A stretch of DNA of 38,822 bases, from positions 1 through 38,822 of the IMG/VR virus record IMGVR_UViG_3300032328_000411, one strand, 5' to 3'. This DNA comes from a virus (taxonomy: Duplodnaviria > Caudoviricetes). The notes beneath the pieces were generated by a model. The model ran no database searches and was not told where the DNA came from. It saw only the letters and a program-made list of their open reading frames with translations. A program made the position numbers and the translations under genes. The first letter of the stretch is position 1. The number at the start of each line of letters is the position of its first letter. Shown here piece by piece: positions 25,943 through 35,863 of the stretch.

Positions 25943-28297
25943 ATGGCAACCACCGATTTCCGGCAGCGGATTGGTTCGCTGCACAACGGCATCTCCACAC
26001 AGAGTGCGAGCAGCCGCTTTCCGTCTCAGGTCGAGGATGCAGAAAACGCCCTGTTCAGCGTTGTGAGCGGCGTTTCAAGCCGCGCCGGAACACGACACTT
26101 CGCACAGGCAGTTGCTGGCGTGAACACCCAGTACTACCGGGCTCACCGGATCGTTCGAGATGCCAACGAGCGATACATGGTCATTTACGGTCGCGACAGC
26201 AGCAACACCATCCTGCGAATCATCGACCTGGCGAACCCTCGCAACCGAACACAATACGTCACGGGGCCATCCAGCGGCACGTTCACGCTCACATTCGGCA
26301 GCCAGACAACGTCCGCCATGAACTTCAACGACTCGGCCGCGACGGTCCAAAGTGCGCTTGAAGCCCTATCCACTATTGGAGCCGGGAGGGTCACAGTGAG
26401 CCGATCAGGAAGCGGGCCGTTTGTCTTCTCTTGCGTCTTCAACGACAGCCTGGTGACGCAGTCCGTGATGACCGCGTCCGCCGGCTCAGTTGTCGGAAAC
26501 GTCATTACGCCAACTTTCAACGGCAATACGCAGACCTACCTCAACACAAACACTCCGTCGGCCGATGACCTGCGATTCCTGACGATTGTTGACACGACGA
26601 TCATCGTGAACACAAAGGTGGCGACAGGAACCGGAAACAAGTCTGGTTACTCAACCACCCACACCAAGCTTGACGAGACGAAGTTCCCGGTCAAGATGGT
26701 CAGGACCGGGCTCACGCCGCCATCCTTCGCGGTGTCATTCGTGACACAAGGCACGGAACTGAAGGACGCAAATACGGATGGAACCTCATGGAGAGCGCCG
26801 AGCCCATTCCAGTCTGGCACGGTCATTTCCGACATCGCGTATCACCGTGGCAGGCTGTGCTTTGCAATGGGAGAGTTCGTTGCCTGCTCCCAGCCAAATG
26901 ACCTATTCAACTTCTTCCCGTACTCAACGTCTACTTTTGCCGCAAATCCGGCAGATCCGATCACGGTGCAGATTGGTTCAAACAGCGTCTCGTTGATCGA
27001 CTTCATGGTTCCGTTCCGCAAGAGCCTGCTGCTCCTGACGCGAGCCGGCACCCAATTTGAACTCGGCGGCGACGAGACGTTCACGGCCAGCAACGCCACA
27101 TTCACGCCCAGCACGACCTACAACACACAGAAGGTGCGTCCTGTCCCGGTGTCGAGCATGATCTACCTCGCAGGCACACGCGAGGAGTCAAGCCTGGTGT
27201 ATGAGTATGTCTACGACGACATTCAGGTGTCGAACCGCGCGAACACCATCACGCAGCACGTTGACGGACTTTTGCCAACCTCCTTGCGATCACTGGTTGG
27301 TAGCGACAACAACGACACCCTTGTAGTGATACCGCAGCCGACCACCACGGATCCGACTTCCACCATCTACAGCAACGGAGTCGGAGGGGGATTCTTCTCA
27401 AACCCATCGACATGGTCTGGCAACAAGGGTCCGGGCCCAAGCAACACCACGGTCATCTCGACCGGCGATGTCGTGAACTTTGATAGTTACGGTAACACAG
27501 ACGGAAGCCTGTATGTCTACCGAAGCACCCGCGTTGCCGACAAGCTGGTCCAGTCCGCCTGGACGCGCTACTCATTTGGCGGCGACATTATCAACGACGC
27601 AATCGTCATTGACGACACGCTCTACATCCTGCGAACCGCAACCATCAGCAGCAATCTCAACCTGCTGATTGATTCGATGCCTCTGACGAGCGACCCACTT
27701 GCTCCCGCATCATTCACAGAACAGCCGCGTTTGGATCATCGCCATGTGATAAGAGGTGGGACGTTCAATGGCACAGAGATGCAGTGGACGCTGCCATACG
27801 CTGATCCAGACATCAATACAGTTGTCTGGATTGATGATGGCGTTTGGAAACAGCGCGGCATTTCAATGAGCGGAACTACGGCAACAACCACGCCGCTTGC
27901 GAATCAGACTGCAACTGGCGTCAATTTGACTGGCAAGCTTGTTGTGCTTGGTCGATCAATTCCGTTCCGAGTGACGTTCACGCGCCTGTACCAGCAGGAT
28001 GGCAACGGGAACCCGATCATTGAAGGGGAGCTGGAGGTCAACAAGGTCGTCACGGACCACTTCAAGAGCGGGCCGTACAAGATCAGTGCCAGGAGTTCAC
28101 GCCGACCTGATCGATCCAGCACGTTCACGCCAGCAAATGCGAACGTCGATCCACAGGGCAGATTCACGGCATGGTGCGTTGGTAGATCAAACGATCTGAC
28201 CGTAACCGTCGAGAACATCGACGCCCGTCCAACCATCCTCACTGGCATCGAGTATTACGGCCGACACACCAGTATGCTTCACGGAGGTAGCGCATGA
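25943..28297 (+). CDS. tail tubular protein B / nozzle (T7 gp12-like)
   Basis: I.SL.NGIS.Q..RF..Q....EN, RDANERY, TIVDTTIIVN, I.YHRGRL, DPI, VPF.KSLLL, QSAW.RY; 784 aa. Confidence 0.9.
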   Translation: MATTDFRQRIGSLHNGISTQSASSRFPSQVEDAENALFSVVSGVSSRAGTRHFAQAVAGVNTQYYRAHRIVRDANERYMVIYGRDSSNTILRIIDLANPRNRTQYVTGPSSGTFTLTFGSQTTSAMNFNDSAATVQSALEALSTIGAGRVTVSRSGSGPFVFSCVFNDSLVTQSVMTASAGSVVGNVITPTFNGNTQTYLNTNTPSADDLRFLTIVDTTIIVNTKVATGTGNKSGYSTTHTKLDETKFPVKMVRTGLTPPSFAVSFVTQGTELKDANTDGTSWRAPSPFQSGTVISDIAYHRGRLCFAMGEFVACSQPNDLFNFFPYSTSTFAANPADPITVQIGSNSVSLIDFMVPFRKSLLLLTRAGTQFELGGDETFTASNATFTPSTTYNTQKVRPVPVSSMIYLAGTREESSLVYEYVYDDIQVSNRANTITQHVDGLLPTSLRSLVGSDNNDTLVVIPQPTTTDPTSTIYSNGVGGGFFSNPSTWSGNKGPGPSNTTVISTGDVVNFDSYGNTDGSLYVYRSTRVADKLVQSAWTRYSFGGDIINDAIVIDDTLYILRTATISSNLNLLIDSMPLTSDPLAPASFTEQPRLDHRHVIRGGTFNGTEMQWTLPYADPDINTVVWIDDGVWKQRGISMSGTTATTTPLANQTATGVNLTGKLVVLGRSIPFRVTFTRLYQQDGNGNPIIEGELEVNKVVTDHFKSGPYKISARSSRRPDRSSTFTPANANVDPQGRFTAWCVGRSNDLTVTVENIDARPTILTGIEYYGRHTSMLHGGSA

Positions 28298-29019
28298 GCG
28301 TATTTGCGTTACAAGGCGGAATGCTTACGTCAGGCGGCGGTGCGGCGGCAGCATCCGGCGGCGGTGCGGCGGCAGCATCCAGCAGCTTTATGTCTCCGCT
28401 GCTCGGCATTGGCCTAGCCGTCGGTGGCGCTACCAGCCTCCTACAAGGGTTCCTAGCCAATCAGGCGCAGAAAAAGCAGAATGCCGCTGCCCAGCAGGCT
28501 ATGCGGCTGTTGGGCCAGCAGAGCGACTTCTACAACACCTCGTACAAGCAGCGCCTTGCGCTGTTGAGCGAGTCGCAGCTGTTCAGCCTGGAAGGCACAC
28601 TTGATGCCATCCCGCAGATGCGCCGAGCGGTGCGACAGGACTACGAACAGAGTTCCGGTGCTGCTCGCGCTGCCCTCGCAGAAAGCGGCGCTGCCATGAG
28701 CGGCAGCAAAGCTGACATCCTCAGATCCATCGACATTCAGGGCGCTCTGAACAACCGGACCCTTGAAAGCAACATCCGCAGGTCGTTGGTGCAGGACAGT
28801 CTGAACTATCGATCAGCCTTGTTTGGTGCAACGCAGGCGTATGCGGCACAGCAGTTCCAGATTCAGAACACCACAGGTCAGTTGCAGTCCCAGTTTGGAT
28901 CCTCCGGCCTGGCGATGGCACAGGGAGCCCTTGGTGGGTTCGGAACTGGGCTGTCAATCACCAGCGGCATTGCATCCCTCAATAGATACGACATTGCATC
29001 CCTCAATAGACAACCATGA
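28294..29019 (+). CDS. internal virion / ejection protein (gp14 position)
   Basis: Gly/Ala hydrophobic ends, central ARAALAESGAAMSGS; follows the nozzle gene. Confidence 0.7.
   Translation: MSVFALQGGMLTSGGGAAAASGGGAAAASSSFMSPLLGIGLAVGGATSLLQGFLANQAQKKQNAAAQQAMRLLGQQSDFYNTSYKQRLALLSESQLFSLEGTLDAIPQMRRAVRQDYEQSSGAARAALAESGAAMSGSKADILRSIDIQGALNNRTLESNIRRSLVQDSLNYRSALFGATQAYAAQQFQIQNTTGQLQSQFGSSGLAMAQGALGGFGTGLSITSGIASLNRYDIASLNRQP
28333..28380 (+). repeat. perfect 24-bp tandem duplication (GGGAAAAS x2)
   Basis: GGCGGCGGTGCGGCGGCAGCATCC twice. Confidence 0.85.
28968..29010 (+). repeat. 19-bp direct repeat with 24-bp period (IASLNR x2)
   Basis: CATTGCATCCCTCAATAGA at 28968 and 28992. Confidence 0.85.
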
Positions 29020-31526
29020 GCCAATTTGAAGCATCGGCGGCACTTGCTTCGCAGGCTGCGGGATTTCGCCGTTCTGCTCCCGTGCAGATCAATTCCCAGC
29101 AGCGGGTAATTCCTGTCGCAGAATTGACTGCTCCGGCGGTTGGAGCCATCTCTCCGTTTGTTGCTCCGACGCTTGACACCAAGGCAGCACAAGACCTTGA
29201 GCAAGCCATGCAGGTGGTTTCGCAGGTCGGCACGGCTTTCTCGCAGTTCGGGCAGCTGGCTCGCATGGACGCAGCCATGACCGAGCGTGACGACGTCTAC
29301 AGCACGCAGATGGCTGCTGCGAAGCGCGTTGCTGAACTCCAGCAGCGGTTCCAGAAGGGTGAACTCAATCAACTGATCGATGGAACGCCAAACGTCGTGG
29401 ACTTCTCCGAGATGGCTGCTGGCGGATACAACGCCAGGACACCTGCTGGCAACGCCGTGTATCAGCGCGCTGTCCAAGGTGCGGCTACAGAGCTCTACCT
29501 ACGCCGGTCGTCCGAGAGCCAGAAGCAGGCTTCCGAACAGTTCCTGCGTTCACAAGTCGCCGGGTTTTTCCTCGACAACGTGCCGGATGCTCTGCGGGCC
29601 ACGCCGGATCAGATGTATCAGGACGCCACGGCGCGGTTCCCGTGGATGGACCGGACCACATTCATGTCCAGCACCTACGGGCTCGCACTGAAGCAGGCGG
29701 CTGAAATGGGCGACCGGGCGATGTTCGACCGAATCGCTGGCGACATTCAGGATCCAACGGAACGTCTGCTCCTCGCCGATGTCAATCGCCCCGACCTCCG
29801 CAGAAAGATCGCCGCAAATGAGAGCGCCCGCATGACCGTCGTCGCGCAGCAGATGAAGCTGCTCACGACCAGCACGGCTCCGCTGACCGAACGATATCTC
29901 GCGATGACTGATGTACTCCAGCAGAACGTGCAAGACCCAGCACTTCGCGATGGAATGAGCCGCGACTTCCTGAATGAGCAGATCGACAAGGCCAAGGATC
30001 CCGAACTTTACGACGCGATTGTTGCCATGTCGGAAACACTCTCGCCGGAATCGCAGGCATCAGTTCGATCAACTGCTACCGCCAAGATTGTCCCCCTGAT
30101 TACCAATGCCATGCAGGGCGCAGCGAAGAATGGTGATGACACATTCTTCCGGCTTCGAGATCGCTTGGTCGATGCCGGTGCTCCTGCGGACACCATTGCA
30201 ACCAGCGAGCAGACATTCATCAAGGCCCAGGAAGACAATGTGCTTCGGCAGGCTGCCAACACATACGCCCTGAGTCCAACAGAAGAAACACGCGACACCA
30301 TCGCTACTCGCTTGGCTGAAGTGCAGTATGACCCCAACCTTTCGGCGATTGAGAACGCCAAGCGCAAGGCTGTCTCGATTGACCTGCTACAGCGTGTCGA
30401 TTCCGAGTTCGCCAAGATTGACAAGATGGGTGAAACCCGCCGTCTGGTCGATGATGTGATGAACCGAAACATCATCCTGACGCCGTCTGACCCAAAGTGG
30501 AACGATGTCATCCAGCAGAGCGGTGCGGTACGGCAAAGCACGATCAATCCCGCAGCTGCGGCGAACTTGGTTCTCCAGACACAGACGATGCCTGCGGGCC
30601 TGCTTGACTCCTTGTACGGCAGCCTGAATGGTCGTCTTGACCAGCGCGACGCCGCCCTTGAGTTCATCTCTCGACTTGCGCCTCTCTATCAGAACGACGC
30701 GATGGCCCAGGTGACTGGGTTCAATGTTCGCGACACAGATACGGCTGGCAATGCCACCGTCATCATGGCCGTGCGCGACATCTTGAGCGACAAGACAGTG
30801 GCTGGCTTGCCACGCGATCAAGACGGCAATCTGACAACTGCCGCAATTCCCGCCCTTCGGTCCATGTTTGCGTCCGCTGTTGACCGTAACCAGGACGCTC
30901 GGCTTCCAACTCTGCCGTCCGGAGAAATCACGAACGCATTCGTCATCAATGGAGTTTCGCGTATTGGTGGCTACAGCATCACAAACGCCTCAGCGCCACT
31001 GCCGACGCTCGCAACCATTCAGAGCGCGGTCGCGCAAGCTGCGGCGGCAAACTTGAATGGACTAGGCGTAACTGGATCCGCGTTGAACGACCTGTCGCTT
31101 GAGGCAACCCAGCGCGTCATGTCGCAGTGGAACCCTGTCGCCGGCTCATGGACCCCAGACCGTCGAGCAATCGAGACGCAGATCGCCACAGAGGCCAAGC
31201 GTGTCTACGAGAATCACGTCTACCCCAAGGTTGGTGAGCGCACATTTGCGGCATACGAGCGCGGTTCTGATTACCCATCCATGCAGTGGGATCAGCCGCT
31301 GGTGGATGCCTGGCTGAAGACCAACAACATCCCGGCTGACCGCGTCGAGTCCATCGTCCCGGTGATGAACTCCGTTGACAACTCGTACCACATGTTCATT
31401 CGTACTGGCGAGCCAAACGATGATGGGTTGGCTCCAGTGAGTGTTCGGACGATGCGTCTTGTGCAGCCTCAGCAACCCGCGCAGCCGACTGCGGATGACG
31501 TGCTCCGCAAGATCCGAAGGAAGTGA
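29016..31526 (+). CDS. internal virion / ejection protein (gp15 position)
   Basis: 836-aa helical protein; call rests on synteny and size. Confidence 0.65.
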   Translation: MSQFEASAALASQAAGFRRSAPVQINSQQRVIPVAELTAPAVGAISPFVAPTLDTKAAQDLEQAMQVVSQVGTAFSQFGQLARMDAAMTERDDVYSTQMAAAKRVAELQQRFQKGELNQLIDGTPNVVDFSEMAAGGYNARTPAGNAVYQRAVQGAATELYLRRSSESQKQASEQFLRSQVAGFFLDNVPDALRATPDQMYQDATARFPWMDRTTFMSSTYGLALKQAAEMGDRAMFDRIAGDIQDPTERLLLADVNRPDLRRKIAANESARMTVVAQQMKLLTTSTAPLTERYLAMTDVLQQNVQDPALRDGMSRDFLNEQIDKAKDPELYDAIVAMSETLSPESQASVRSTATAKIVPLITNAMQGAAKNGDDTFFRLRDRLVDAGAPADTIATSEQTFIKAQEDNVLRQAANTYALSPTEETRDTIATRLAEVQYDPNLSAIENAKRKAVSIDLLQRVDSEFAKIDKMGETRRLVDDVMNRNIILTPSDPKWNDVIQQSGAVRQSTINPAAAANLVLQTQTMPAGLLDSLYGSLNGRLDQRDAALEFISRLAPLYQNDAMAQVTGFNVRDTDTAGNATVIMAVRDILSDKTVAGLPRDQDGNLTTAAIPALRSMFASAVDRNQDARLPTLPSGEITNAFVINGVSRIGGYSITNASAPLPTLATIQSAVAQAAAANLNGLGVTGSALNDLSLEATQRVMSQWNPVAGSWTPDRRAIETQIATEAKRVYENHVYPKVGERTFAAYERGSDYPSMQWDQPLVDAWLKTNNIPADRVESIVPVMNSVDNSYHMFIRTGEPNDDGLAPVSVRTMRLVQPQQPAQPTADDVLRKIRRK

Positions 31527-34500
31527 TGCCCCAGTTTCAACCATCGCCTCTGATCCAGCGGTTTGGCGGCATGGGATACACGGGAACGGAAGAGCAGTCG
31601 CCAGATACGAACTTTGGCGTCGAATCGGCAAGTGACTTCGTCGTGTCAAGCCGACGCCAGGAGGATCCGGGCTTCTGGGACACCGTCATGGCTGGCATGT
31701 CTCTGAATCCGAGCGTGCGGGCAACCAACGGCTTCAGCGACTGGTTGTCCAGCTTTATGGATTCGACGCCAGAGGACACGCGGCCATTTGACATGGCTGC
31801 CGAAATCCGGCGGATGCAGCCAAACAGACTGGCTCTTGTGAATCAGTTGGCTGAGGACGGCTACCTGTCCGAAAGCATGAGCCGCAGGGACTTTTACCGG
31901 GTTGTGGATGATGCCGCTGGCGTGCTTGAAGACCAACAAACGATTGCACGCTACGCCGAGACAGCGCCTTGGTACGCATCGCTTGGAGCCGGTGGAGTTT
32001 CCGCCCTAACTGAGCCCATTTTCATGGTCCCAGTAGGTGGTCAGGCAATGCGCGCCGTCGGCACAGCCCGTGGCGCAATCACGCAAGTCCTCATATCTGG
32101 TTCCAAGAATGCAGCCGTGCTTGGTGGCATCAACCTCGCTGCCAAGAAGACGACCGACACATTCTCGTATGACCTCACCAACCAGGATGGCCTCACTGAT
32201 GAGATGGTCGTGGTCGGGCTTGGTGCTGGCCTTGGCATGGCAATGCCCGCCACGTCCTACGCAGCCAAGGAGTTGACTGCACGCACTGTGCTTGCGCTGG
32301 GAGGATCACCGACAACGGGTTTGCGTGGCTCGGCGGCATCATGGGCTCGCAGCTGGACCGCGCCGAAGCGACTCAACCTGATGCTCAAGAATCTGCCGGA
32401 GCAGAAGATCGTGTCCGCTAGAGGAGTCGCGCTTGGCGAAGGTGGCGATGCGGCAGCGAAGCTTGTTGGCAAGGCCAAGTGGAAGGACGAGCAGGCTACT
32501 GGAATGCGTCTCGTACAGAACCTGCTCGATGACGCAAGGAATGGAACCTTCCATGAAGGCGTTTCCATTGCCCCGCTGCGGTCAGACGGTGGCCGCGATG
32601 CCCTTGAACCGCTCCTGAAAGAACTGCGAAAACTGTACCGAGCGCACCGCAAGCAAATGCTCCAGGACGAGATCCTGCACTCGACTGGAGCTGGCCCGCC
32701 ACCTGCGATGCACCCTGACGCAGCGCGACTTGTCGAAGTTCTGCATCCAGCACAAGAGATGTTCGATTCACTGTCGCGTATGGAACGGACTCTGACCAAG
32801 TTGCTCAATACGGTCCCTAAAACCAAGGGTGCTGCACAGAGGCTTGTGAAGTTGGTTGCAGACCTGGGCGATGCACTGCCAACCGGAAGCACGCCGAACG
32901 CCAGAGCCCGCGTGCTGCCGAACTGGTTCTCCGACCTCAACCGCATTCTCGTTTCAAGCAATATGGAACTGACTGCCGCAGAACTTGCCGGCACGGCAGC
33001 GAGCCGCAGCAGCGCAGAAGCCGTCAAGGACGGCCTTGATGGCGTTCTCCGCACCACGCTGAACGATGTTCAGGAGATCCTGCGGCGCAACAAGATGTAC
33101 AGTTGGATGCGTGGCACCAGTGCAGAGGGCCGCGCTGCATTGCGCGAAGCCGTTGACGTCATCATGGATCGACGCATGGCGGATGAAGGGCTTGCGAGCT
33201 CCATCACGCCTGGGCCACGATCAGCCGTTGCTATCGACATTGCTGATCGCCTTGAAAAGTACTTTGACCAGATGTACGACGAGTTGGTCGATTCTGGCCT
33301 GCTCAAGAACGATCCGGCGCTCAAGAAGTCGCACTACATCAGCCTTGTCCTTGACGATACGTTGATTGCAAAGAACCGCGATGGCGCGCGTGCCGCCCTG
33401 ATCGCACAGTTCCGGATGCAGGACCGTGGCAACCTCCGCTTCGATGCGGTGGCGGCCGCGTTTGACAGGGCTCGCAACAACCCCGTCATCCGAGAGCAGA
33501 TCACCGATGCGCTTCGAGCCCATTACGGCGATCCAACACTCACATTCAAGAACGGCAACGCGATACGCAAGTTGCTTGAGGATCCATCCGCAGCAACATT
33601 CGTGATTCCGAGCTTGTCATCATTCAGCGCCGAGGCACAGATTGCAATAACGGATTCGCTTGAGCGCATCTACCAGAAGGGTTCTGATGACCTGATCTTG
33701 AAGTTGACCGACCCGTACAAGGGCGCAACGATGTTTGATCAGGTTGCACAGGCAAGCAACGTCAGCGTCACCCGAGAGCGCACCTTTGTCAGCGTTGGTC
33801 CTGCACTTCGCGAGTTCATCGTGAAAGACCCGATCACGCTGCTACGGCGCTACCGGGCTCAGGTGCATGGTCAGATCGGAATTGCCCGTGCAATCAAGGC
33901 GCACCCCGACGTGATGGCGAGAATCCTCATCACCGACCAAGAGACCGGCTCAGTTCGCCCAGTCAAGAATGCCGGCGACCTAATTCAGTTCCTCGGGCAG
34001 CTCCGCAATGATGTCGAACGCTTCTCGCAGGAAGTTTCTGCCAACAGCCCAGGGCTCGCGAAGGAAGCAAACGCATTTGTTGCTGACGCCAACTCGTGGA
34101 TCCTCGACAGCGAAGCAGTCACGAAGCGCCTCATCGGCCAGATCCTGTTTGACAAGCAGGCCGCACCGAGTGAATGGACCATGTGGACCTCGCGACAACT
34201 GAGCAGATGGAGCGTGCTGGTCAACGGCGGCATGATGGGATACAGCAACCTGCTGGATATGACGACCAAGATGTATTGGAGCACGCTGAATCCACGCGGG
34301 TTCCAGTTCCTTGCGAACGCACTGCTTCCGTTCGATTGGGTGCCGGGCGGCAAGGCGAGCCGCGAGATGCTTGAGATGCTCAACATGGGCACGCAGGTCA
34401 CGCGACTGCTTCGCGAGGACACCGAGTTCGTTCTTGAGCAGCGTGCGGCCGGAAGCTCTCCGATGACACGCACAGTCACAGCGGCAGTTGACCGAAGCAT

Positions 34501-35578
34501 GGAAAGTGCTGCGGCCAAGACCGGCGACATCATCGGCCTGAACTTCGTCAACAACTTCAACGCACGATGGGGCTCGCTGATCGCGATGCACGAAATGATG
34601 CTTGGTGCCAAGAAGCTTGTTCGCGGCGAGACGCTGCCGGCAACGCAGCTTGGTCGCCTCAACCGCATGGGCATCAATGGCTCAAACGCACGGCAGTTCC
34701 TTGAACAGACGCACAAGTTCGGCGTGTATGCAGACGGATCTTCCATCGGTGCTGGATCGTTCAACGACTTCCTGAACAGCCGCCGGCCCATCAACCCGTT
34801 GTGGGACAGGTGGGATCCAAACGCTTCGGATCTGCGCCGTGTCCTTTCGGACAACCTTCCAATCGAATCCCGTCGATACTGGAACGTCACGCCTGGCGTT
34901 GGCGACCGTCCGCTCTGGGAAGACACCGCTCCGCTCATGCGACTGGTCAACCAGTTCTCCGCATTCATCACGGCCTACAACACGCAGCGACTGCGCCCGA
35001 TGGCCCAGATGGGCGGGCTGGCCCTCGGTGGACTCGTCGGCTACCAGTTCCTCATGGGCTGGTTGGGCCGGAGCACGTCACTGGACCTGACCAATCGACG
35101 CAGCTTCACGGACAGCCTCCGAAACCTCTCCGAGAACCCGCATGAGGAAGTGTTCGGTGCCGTTCAGCAGAACGCCATGATGGGCAGCCTCACACGCGCG
35201 CTTGGTTACATGGACAACTTCAACATCGGGCCATCGCGTGCGCTCGGTATCCGTTATCCGGGCGGCACATTCGGATCCATCGCCAGGCAGGCATCGGATC
35301 GGCAAATGAGCATGGCCGAGCGTGCATTCTCGCTGGTTGGTGCTGGTCCGCAAACACTCGCACGGATGGGCGATGCCATCTATACGCGCGACGACAATCC
35401 CGAGCGGTCTCGCTACCTGCTCCAGCAAAGCCTTCCGTACCAAAATCTGATTTGGGCTCGCATGTTGCACCGTTCTGGTGTGACGCAGCCTCTGACAGAT
35501 AGCGAGACCTACGTTCCGTTCATCACGCCATCGGACGCATTCCGACCAGCGCAACGACCGACCTTCAAGACCAAATGA
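31526..35578 (+). CDS. large internal virion / ejection protein (gp16 position)
   Basis: ~1350 aa; C-terminal PGVGDRPLW..LVNQFSAF and LPYQNL resemble gp16-type C-termini; TGATG coupling. Confidence 0.75.
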   Translation: MPQFQPSPLIQRFGGMGYTGTEEQSPDTNFGVESASDFVVSSRRQEDPGFWDTVMAGMSLNPSVRATNGFSDWLSSFMDSTPEDTRPFDMAAEIRRMQPNRLALVNQLAEDGYLSESMSRRDFYRVVDDAAGVLEDQQTIARYAETAPWYASLGAGGVSALTEPIFMVPVGGQAMRAVGTARGAITQVLISGSKNAAVLGGINLAAKKTTDTFSYDLTNQDGLTDEMVVVGLGAGLGMAMPATSYAAKELTARTVLALGGSPTTGLRGSAASWARSWTAPKRLNLMLKNLPEQKIVSARGVALGEGGDAAAKLVGKAKWKDEQATGMRLVQNLLDDARNGTFHEGVSIAPLRSDGGRDALEPLLKELRKLYRAHRKQMLQDEILHSTGAGPPPAMHPDAARLVEVLHPAQEMFDSLSRMERTLTKLLNTVPKTKGAAQRLVKLVADLGDALPTGSTPNARARVLPNWFSDLNRILVSSNMELTAAELAGTAASRSSAEAVKDGLDGVLRTTLNDVQEILRRNKMYSWMRGTSAEGRAALREAVDVIMDRRMADEGLASSITPGPRSAVAIDIADRLEKYFDQMYDELVDSGLLKNDPALKKSHYISLVLDDTLIAKNRDGARAALIAQFRMQDRGNLRFDAVAAAFDRARNNPVIREQITDALRAHYGDPTLTFKNGNAIRKLLEDPSAATFVIPSLSSFSAEAQIAITDSLERIYQKGSDDLILKLTDPYKGATMFDQVAQASNVSVTRERTFVSVGPALREFIVKDPITLLRRYRAQVHGQIGIARAIKAHPDVMARILITDQETGSVRPVKNAGDLIQFLGQLRNDVERFSQEVSANSPGLAKEANAFVADANSWILDSEAVTKRLIGQILFDKQAAPSEWTMWTSRQLSRWSVLVNGGMMGYSNLLDMTTKMYWSTLNPRGFQFLANALLPFDWVPGGKASREMLEMLNMGTQVTRLLREDTEFVLEQRAAGSSPMTRTVTAAVDRSMESAAAKTGDIIGLNFVNNFNARWGSLIAMHEMMLGAKKLVRGETLPATQLGRLNRMGINGSNARQFLEQTHKFGVYADGSSIGAGSFNDFLNSRRPINPLWDRWDPNASDLRRVLSDNLPIESRRYWNVTPGVGDRPLWEDTAPLMRLVNQFSAFITAYNTQRLRPMAQMGGLALGGLVGYQFLMGWLGRSTSLDLTNRRSFTDSLRNLSENPHEEVFGAVQQNAMMGSLTRALGYMDNFNIGPSRALGIRYPGGTFGSIARQASDRQMSMAERAFSLVGAGPQTLARMGDAIYTRDDNPERSRYLLQQSLPYQNLIWARMLHRSGVTQPLTDSETYVPFITPSDAFRPAQRPTFKTK

Positions 35579-35850
35579 ACGACATCAACGCAGACCTGCA
35601 ACGATTGCTCGCGCTCCGAATGCTCGAAGTGCTGAAGGATGGCAGGGAGGTGATTGGTCCCGGCGGTGAGCCACGGCGCATCATGGCGACGGCGGCTGAC
35701 TTCAACGCCATACGCGGACTGCTCAAGGACAATGGCGTAACGAGCGTGCAGACGGCAGACAGCCCACTCAACGATCTCGTCCAAGAGATGAGCAAGCGCG
35801 GACTGAAGTTCCGCCCAAGCGACATCGCTAACGACGAAGAAGCGGCCTGA
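35575..35850 (+). CDS. terminase small subunit (T7 gp18-like)
   Basis: ATAADFNAIRGLLKDNGV..SPLNDL. Confidence 0.82.
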   Translation: MNDINADLQRLLALRMLEVLKDGREVIGPGGEPRRIMATAADFNAIRGLLKDNGVTSVQTADSPLNDLVQEMSKRGLKFRPSDIANDEEAA

Positions 35851-35863
35851 CAAGGAGACCAGC

